Shown here piece after piece: positions 25,361 through 30,422 of a DNA stretch of 30,422 bases. The DNA lies in assembly GCA_964586355.1 (NCBI GenBank), contig CAZPGO010000035.1, positions 1 to 30,422 of the forward strand, written 5' to 3'. Below the pieces are notes generated by a model. That model did not search any database and was not told the DNA's origin. It saw only the letters and a program-made list of their open reading frames with translations. Origin of the DNA: an uncultured archaeon. Its GTDB lineage: Archaea; Iainarchaeota; Iainarchaeia; Iainarchaeales; CSSED10-239. The first letter of the stretch is position 1. Each line of letters begins with the position of its first letter. A program made the translations under genes and the position numbers.

Positions 25361-25717
25361 TTAATAAATAATAATATATAGTGTTTTATTGAGATCTATA
25401 AAATAATAATCATAAGCAATATTTTTAGTAGTTATTACCTCATCACTACTATAAACACAATTATCGTCTAAACTTTCACAAACACTAATTAGGTAGTTTT
25501 GATTTATGTATGGATAAAAGATATCATAAACTAAATCAACATTCTTTAAATTAACAGACTCTCTAAAACCAGAATCTTTTGCTAGAAGGTTAATAATATT
25601 TTGATATTGCTGCTCATATTCTAAATTACAATTAGAGGAACCATACATCTGATAAGCAAATACCAAAAAACCAAATAACATTACTAAAGCTATTGTTAAT
25701 TCAAGAGATTTAATCAA
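25361..25717 (-). CDS. Small N-terminally anchored protein, possible minor pilin-like subunit
   Basis: 118 aa. MIKS/LELTIALVMLFGFLVFAY is followed by a Cys-containing globular part. Ser at position -1 is not a canonical FlaFind site, so the call is weaker than for the 160-aa neighbour. Confidence 0.35.
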   Translation of the reverse strand: MIKSLELTIALVMLFGFLVFAYQMYGSSNCNLEYEQQYQNIINLLAKDSGFRESVNLKNVDLVYDIFYPYINQNYLISVCESLDDNCVYSSDEVITTKNIAYDYYFIDLNKTLYIIIY

Positions 25718-25730
25718 AAATAATCACTTT

Positions 25731-26645
25731 TTAATTCACCATACCATCAAACATATTAGATATAATAGATATAAATTTTTGTTTATCATCTTCTTCTACT
25801 AAATACTCAGGAGGAATAGCATAATAAGCTACTCTATTAGAGTTTGTGGTAACTATTGCAGGAAAAACAGAACCATAGCTTTTCTGATTATTATCAAAAA
25901 GGTTTGTGCTATAGTCTATTTTTAAAGGCACTAGGCTTCTGGAATCTATGGTTTTAACTATTGAATAATTATCATAGATCTGTAAATTTGGATTAAGACC
26001 AAAAATTAAAGGACTATTTCCATGAGAGACAAGTTTACCAGTAATTACTTTTGGGCCACATTCTTTAAGATCACAAAAGTTTGTAACATAGTTTACTCCA
26101 ATAAACTCATTAAATTTCAATAATGTGTTATTTTCTGTAACTCTTACCCATCCGTTGTTATAAGGATAGATCTCCGAATTACTATCAAAATATTGATCGC
26201 CTTGACCCTTAATGGTTCCAGAGTCACCAATCCAAACTAGTCTTCCACCTTGACCTACATAGTCTATAAAAGTTAATAGTTGTAAGGTTGAAACCTTTCT
26301 AGCTTTGTCAACAATAACTAAGCTTGTGTTCTTTAATTGGTCTGGGCTTAAGTAATTTATGTTTCCTGTGTTAACTGTTGCACCGATTAATTTTCTATCA
26401 GAAAGCACATCTTTTAATAGTTCTGGATCTCCCATAGCCTCAGTATCTGTGGGGTCATAAAGTATTAAAACACTTGGTTGGTTTTTTCCAGTTGCTAGTG
26501 TTTGAATACCCCAGTAAATGTTACACCCTCCAGGAATTACTCTGCATCTTATTGTTCCTGACCAAATAAGAATGTATAAAGTTATTATTATTATAATAAT
26601 TAAAAAAATTATTCTGCCAGTCCATTTTTTTTTATTTTGATCCAT
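25731..26645 (-). CDS. Hypothetical N-terminally anchored extracytoplasmic protein (weak GATase1/ThuA/DUF4159-like pattern)
   Basis: 304 aa with the TM RIIFLIIIIIITLYILIW. SVLILYDP...SLVIVDKARKVSTLQLLTFIDYVGQGGRLVWIGDSG resembles the strand-helix-GG pattern of class-I glutamine-amidotransferase-like folds. Unverified. Confidence 0.4.
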   Translation of the reverse strand: MDQNKKKWTGRIIFLIIIIIITLYILIWSGTIRCRVIPGGCNIYWGIQTLATGKNQPSVLILYDPTDTEAMGDPELLKDVLSDRKLIGATVNTGNINYLSPDQLKNTSLVIVDKARKVSTLQLLTFIDYVGQGGRLVWIGDSGTIKGQGDQYFDSNSEIYPYNNGWVRVTENNTLLKFNEFIGVNYVTNFCDLKECGPKVITGKLVSHGNSPLIFGLNPNLQIYDNYSIVKTIDSRSLVPLKIDYSTNLFDNNQKSYGSVFPAIVTTNSNRVAYYAIPPEYLVEEDDKQKFISIISNMFDGMVN

Positions 26646-26749
26646 TTTTGTTCTCTTTTATTTTTTCTATCTATAAATATAATAAAAGATTATTATAAAA
26701 TAGTTTTGTTTTTTATATATATTAATGTTTATTATAAAAGTGATGAAAT

Positions 26750-26923
26750 ATGAAAATGAAATATAACAAATCAGCACAACAAGGACCAAGTTCTGCTATA
26801 GGGATAATGAAATTTAAAGAAGGGCTTAATGGACCAAAACTAACTCCAGAAACAGTTATAGCTTTAGCTGTTGGTTTATGTGTTTTGGTTTTAGTGTTAA
26901 GATTTGTTTTTGGTCTTAGTTAA
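26750..26923 (+). CDS. secG: Preprotein translocase subunit Sec61-beta (archaeal SecG; 57 aa, absent from the ORF track)
   Basis: My translation is MKMKYNKSAQQGPSSAIGIMKFKEGLNGPKLTPETVIALAVGLCVLVLVLRFVFGLS. It matches the archaeal Sec61-beta pattern (P)SSAxG(I/L)(M/I)(K/R)(F/Y)...(P)K(L/I)xPxxV plus a C-terminal TM. An AGTGATG SD lies upstream. Confidence 0.75.
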   Translation: MKMKYNKSAQQGPSSAIGIMKFKEGLNGPKLTPETVIALAVGLCVLVLVLRFVFGLS

Positions 26924-26925
26924 AA

Positions 26926-29802
26926 TCATCTATACTCTTTTTCTTTTTTAGTGTATAAGTAAGAGATCTCTGAAGAATTTAGAGATCTATTATAGATTCT
27001 TGTTTCGCCCAGATATCCATTAAATTTATTTGTCCAACCACTGTTTCCAGCCCACCCAAGATCAGCATATCCTTGGAAAATAATATTTCCTGTATAAGTT
27101 CCTGTTTTTGTTAGAACTCCATTTTTATAAAAATAATAATTTCCAGAATCATAAGTTAAGGTAAGATTACTCCATTCATTTTCTAAAACCACTGCATTAG
27201 TGTTAATTGCTGCTGCTGTTGAGACGCCCAAGGATAAAACACTTGAAGCTGAAAAGCCGATATATAGTCTATTTGTTATCAATTGATGACCAAAGATCAT
27301 TGTTTGAGGGGTAATTGTAATAGGTTTTACCCAAATATTTATTGTTCCAGAATCTCCATTAAAATCTTTTGTTGGTATTCTTACATATGTATCAGATCCA
27401 TTAAAATATCCAGAATTATTAGTAATAATGTTCTCTTTTTTGTAAAAATCTATGATATTTGATCCAAAAATATTTCCATCATTATCAGTAATTTTATCTT
27501 TTAATATTAATGATTTATTATCTCTAAAATCATAATAAGTAACTATGCCACTCTCTATATCTGGAGTATTGGTGTCAATTGCGAAATTAAATGGTTTAAT
27601 TAGCAGATTAACTAAATAATTATTTCCAAAATTATCAATATATTTAAAATAATTAGAATATATTTTATTTTCCATATTAATTTCTCTACCTTTTTTTAGA
27701 TCAATTGTTTTTTGATCCTTTATTTCTAAGAAATAATTATTTGGATCTAAGTTGTTTATATATTCTTCAAAAACAACCCTTTCCTTATTTTTTATAATAT
27801 TTATATTTGGATAGTCTGTGTAATCAGTAACCTCAAGATCTCTAGATCTTATTTTTATTAGTGCATCATTTGAACAACTATTAATAGTAATTTTATTATT
27901 TTTATAAGTATAATTACAATCAATTGGTAAATTTGTATTTGAATCAAAGAAATCAATTATTATTTTTTTTCTATTTGTATTTAGATCTATTAATTCAATT
28001 TTTTTATTTTCAAAATTTACTCCAGAGTTAACATCAAGATCATATTTTTGAGAAAGATAGTTTTCTACAAGTAAACGGTTGGAATCAGATAATGCTGAAT
28101 TAAAAAGTAATATTTCTGAAATATGCATATCTGTTGCTCTTTGATCAACATTTAAGCTGTTCCAAGAACCAATTGCGATAGTGTTTTCACTAGTGGTGGT
28201 TGAAGTTACTGTTCCTGTTACTTCTTCGGTGCCAGAAATAATTTTATGTGTTGTTCCTTCTCTTATATTTTGAATTATGTGCCATTGTTCATCAGGTATT
28301 GAAATAAATCTACCGTATGGTACACTTGTTTCTTTAACACCACCACCCCAGGAATTTGCAGAGCTACCATTTCTTCCTAACCAAAAACCGTTTGTGTAAC
28401 TATGATCTAGTATTCTTTCAAATGTCGATACTGTTGAATGATCTTTGAATAATACAAAGATTGTCCAATCATTTAGAGAAAAATTATTTTCAGTAAGTAA
28501 TGCTGAATTATTAAATAATATAGCTGGTTTTCCATTTAAAATATTTTCTTTAAAAACCGGTTTATTACCGTCATTATCTTGTATAGCATGATTATCATTT
28601 CCACTAAGATCTGTCCAACTACTAACAAGATCATTATCATTTAAACTAAGCGAAGAAGCATCCAACCAAAGTTTTAGATCTTCTGTGAAATTAACATCTA
28701 GATCTATTCCTAAATTATAATCAAGATCAATAATTAAAGAATCAGTTTCATCCTTAAAAGCCCAAAACTCTTTAGTTTGTGAAAAAAAAATCAATTTTTC
28801 TTTTTCTGTGTTGTTTTTTATTATAGCTATTTCTTTTGAATCTGGCACAACTAAAATTTCAGAAAAATCAAATGATAAATTATAATTTATTTTTAAAAAA
28901 GAAATATTTGCATTTGTATCCTCTATCTCCACATAAAACTCATTAGATTCTATTGTTTTATCTGCACTTTTTGAATGTAGATCATTACTTTCAAAACCAA
29001 GAATTTTTGAGATGTTGATTGTATCGGTATTTTCAATAATTATTTTTCCAACATCTATTGTAGAATTAAGATCTAAATTTGTTGTTTTATCCACATAACA
29101 AAAAGAAATCTTGCTTAATTTATTTGATCCAAAATAAACTTTTTTCCAAGATTTTGTTGTAATTATATTATTTGTCTCTGAATCTATTATTATTCCATTG
29201 GAGATCTCTTTAAGTGTTTGTTGATTATTTTTAATTTCACATTCATAGTAACTGTTAGTGTCTTCATTATAATTAAATTTTATATTTAGACTAGAACCCA
29301 TAAAATCAATAACCCCAATAACATCTCTAAACTCTTTTTTTGAGATCAGTTGTGTGTTTGCTTCTAAATAAATGGTGTCATACATATTTGTTGGTGTGTT
29401 TCCAAAATTAACATCAAAATAATTAAATTCTCCATTTAAAAAAGACTCATCAATTACTTTTGTACCAAGAGTGTTTTTTGTATCTGTAAGTTTTTCATTT
29501 GCATATAATTCTGTTTGTTTATTTATTGTGCCATAGACATAATTATCTTTTATAATTGGATTATTAGATTTAATTGTATTTTCATCTATTTTTAATCTAA
29601 ACGGATAATTTTCTTGATCAGTATTGTTTAACTTAACAGTGTATTGGTCATAAAAATCAGCAATCTCAAAAGAAATAGTGTTTGCACTAATGTCTGGTGT
29701 TTGATTATCTGTAAGATCTAATGTTTGTGGTAAAGTTATTATTACAAAAGAAATTACTATTAAAAAAATTACTGAAGAAATAATCCAGTCAATATATTCC
29801 AT
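26926..29802 (-). CDS. Large N-terminally anchored surface protein with two LamG/concanavalin-A-like lectin domains
   Basis: 958 aa with the N-terminal TM WIISSVIFLIVISFVIITL. LamG-like domain 1 spans about aa 375-586 (LKLWLDASSL..WTDLSGNDNHA..NGKPAILF...ISEILLFNSALSDSNRLLVENYLSQKY). LamG domain 2 spans about aa 752-950 (VTYYDFRDN..GYFNGSDTYVRIP..GTINIWVKP..WSNLTLTYDSGNYYFYKNG..FNGYLGETRIYNRSLNSSEISYLY). The first 370 aa or so match no family I recognise. Confidence 0.7.
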   Translation of the reverse strand: MEYIDWIISSVIFLIVISFVIITLPQTLDLTDNQTPDISANTISFEIADFYDQYTVKLNNTDQENYPFRLKIDENTIKSNNPIIKDNYVYGTINKQTELYANEKLTDTKNTLGTKVIDESFLNGEFNYFDVNFGNTPTNMYDTIYLEANTQLISKKEFRDVIGVIDFMGSSLNIKFNYNEDTNSYYECEIKNNQQTLKEISNGIIIDSETNNIITTKSWKKVYFGSNKLSKISFCYVDKTTNLDLNSTIDVGKIIIENTDTINISKILGFESNDLHSKSADKTIESNEFYVEIEDTNANISFLKINYNLSFDFSEILVVPDSKEIAIIKNNTEKEKLIFFSQTKEFWAFKDETDSLIIDLDYNLGIDLDVNFTEDLKLWLDASSLSLNDNDLVSSWTDLSGNDNHAIQDNDGNKPVFKENILNGKPAILFNNSALLTENNFSLNDWTIFVLFKDHSTVSTFERILDHSYTNGFWLGRNGSSANSWGGGVKETSVPYGRFISIPDEQWHIIQNIREGTTHKIISGTEEVTGTVTSTTTSENTIAIGSWNSLNVDQRATDMHISEILLFNSALSDSNRLLVENYLSQKYDLDVNSGVNFENKKIELIDLNTNRKKIIIDFFDSNTNLPIDCNYTYKNNKITINSCSNDALIKIRSRDLEVTDYTDYPNINIIKNKERVVFEEYINNLDPNNYFLEIKDQKTIDLKKGREINMENKIYSNYFKYIDNFGNNYLVNLLIKPFNFAIDTNTPDIESGIVTYYDFRDNKSLILKDKITDNDGNIFGSNIIDFYKKENIITNNSGYFNGSDTYVRIPTKDFNGDSGTINIWVKPITITPQTMIFGHQLITNRLYIGFSASSVLSLGVSTAAAINTNAVVLENEWSNLTLTYDSGNYYFYKNGVLTKTGTYTGNIIFQGYADLGWAGNSGWTNKFNGYLGETRIYNRSLNSSEISYLYTKKEKEYR

Positions 29803-29853
29803 ATTTTATCTAATATATTATAGTTATTATCTTTAAATAATTTTTCTTTTTAG

Positions 29854-30231
29854 TTATTTAAAGGTAATTTTCTTATTTGCAAAAAAATACCAATAAAATA
29901 GAATAAAATTTGCAATTATTTGTGCAAATATGTACCAAATATTTAATATTGATACAATAAATCCTACTAAAAACAAATTTATAATTAATCCAATAAAATA
30001 GATTGTTATGTATTTGGAATATTGTCTAAAAACACATTTTTTCTGATTACAGAAAGTATATTTTTTTTGAAAAATAAAACCAGTAAATGATGATGCCATA
30101 AAAGATATTGTTACTGCTAATAAATAAAAGATTTTAAAAAAATCTACTAATATAAATAATAATATTAATTCAAATATAGCAATAAGTATACCGATTCTAG
30201 CATATTTTTTCATTTGTTTTTTTGTGGTCAT
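29854..30231 (-). CDS. GtrA-family membrane protein
   Basis: 125 aa with 4 TM. The layout and the motif ...FTGFIFQKKYTF match GtrA (PF04138-type) small polyisoprenyl-sugar-associated membrane proteins. Confidence 0.6.
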   Translation of the reverse strand: MTTKKQMKKYARIGILIAIFELILLFILVDFFKIFYLLAVTISFMASSFTGFIFQKKYTFCNQKKCVFRQYSKYITIYFIGLIINLFLVGFIVSILNIWYIFAQIIANFILFYWYFFANKKITFK

Positions 30232-30422
30232 ATTTTTTCTTTTTTTTCTTTAAATGTTAGATTTTTATTAGCAGTATAATTCCAAACAAATCCTACTACT
30301 ATTGCAAAACCTTTTGCAAATATATACCACATATTTGTGTAATCCACTAAGATCTTTAAAACAAACAAGTTTAGAAATAATCCCACGGTTGAAATGATTG
30401 AAAACATATAGAATTGAAATAA
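30228..30422 (-). CDS. Second GtrA-family membrane protein, C-terminal 64 aa only (rest outside the window)
   Basis: My translation of the minus strand is LFQFYMFSIISTVGLFLNLFVLKILVDYTNMWYIFAKGFAIVVGFVWNYTANKNLTFKEKKEKI*. The (F)xWNYxxN(K/R)xxTF ending is the GtrA hallmark. Its TGA overlaps the ATG of the next GtrA gene (ATGA). Confidence 0.6.
   Translation of the reverse strand, partial: LFQFYMFSIISTVGLFLNLFVLKILVDYTNMWYIFAKGFAIVVGFVWNYTANKNLTFKEKKEKI

Noticed and set aside
26926-27549. The C-terminal LamG domain could be a diversity-generating-retroelement target, since DGRs are common in DPANN-type genomes.
   Set aside because: There is no reverse transcriptase ORF in the window. I could not find a second template-repeat copy of the 3' gene segment. 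DGR variable regions are typically in C-type-lectin folds rather than LamG.
1-30422. I searched for tRNA genes, RNase P or SRP RNA, mobile elements, toxin-antitoxin pairs and defence systems.
   Set aside because: Apart from the 5S island, all intergenic DNA is short and very AT-rich with no tRNA-like GC-rich arms. Every ORF over 60 aa is accounted for, and none shows transposase, integrase, nuclease-defence or Cas-like motifs that I can recognise.

Overview
This is an AT-rich (roughly 30% GC by eye), extremely gene-dense archaeal chromosome segment. The gene content is TBP, a family-B DNA polymerase, ftsZ-secE-spt5-rpl11, rpl21e-rpoF-DUF655-ksgA, AglB/AglH, AMP phosphorylase and many Lys/Asn-rich orphan surface proteins. 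That content, plus near-zero intergenic space, fits a small-genome DPANN-type archaeon; this is inference and cannot be verified without a database search. I call 33 protein genes. Two are short genes missing from the ORF track (SecE/Sec61-gamma at 17457-17633 and Sec61-beta at 26750-26923), and there is one partial gene at each window edge. I also call one stand-alone 5S rRNA with its own TATA box. I see no tRNA, CRISPR array, transposase, integrase or reverse transcriptase. Most of the window (about 2.7-18.6 kb) is ordinary housekeeping. The accessory, unexplained part is the minus-strand block 22425-30422. It holds two tandem GtrA-like genes, a 958-aa protein with two LamG domains, and a five-gene unit ending in a FlaI/PilB-family ATPase with pilin-like small proteins. 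That unit has no platform (ArlJ/PilC/TadC) gene and no prepilin peptidase nearby. This is my best candidate for an undescribed surface or attachment apparatus. Other observations worth a second look follow. (1) The palindrome AGATCT occurs about 60 times by hand count against about 10 expected. (2) The PolB has intact exonuclease and YGDTDS motifs but non-canonical nucleotide-pocket residues in motifs A and B. (3) Canonical C-terminal PIP boxes are visible on both PolB and a putative Nre repair protein. (4) All six convergent gene junctions abut or overlap. All domain calls come from motif recognition by eye. No searches were run.
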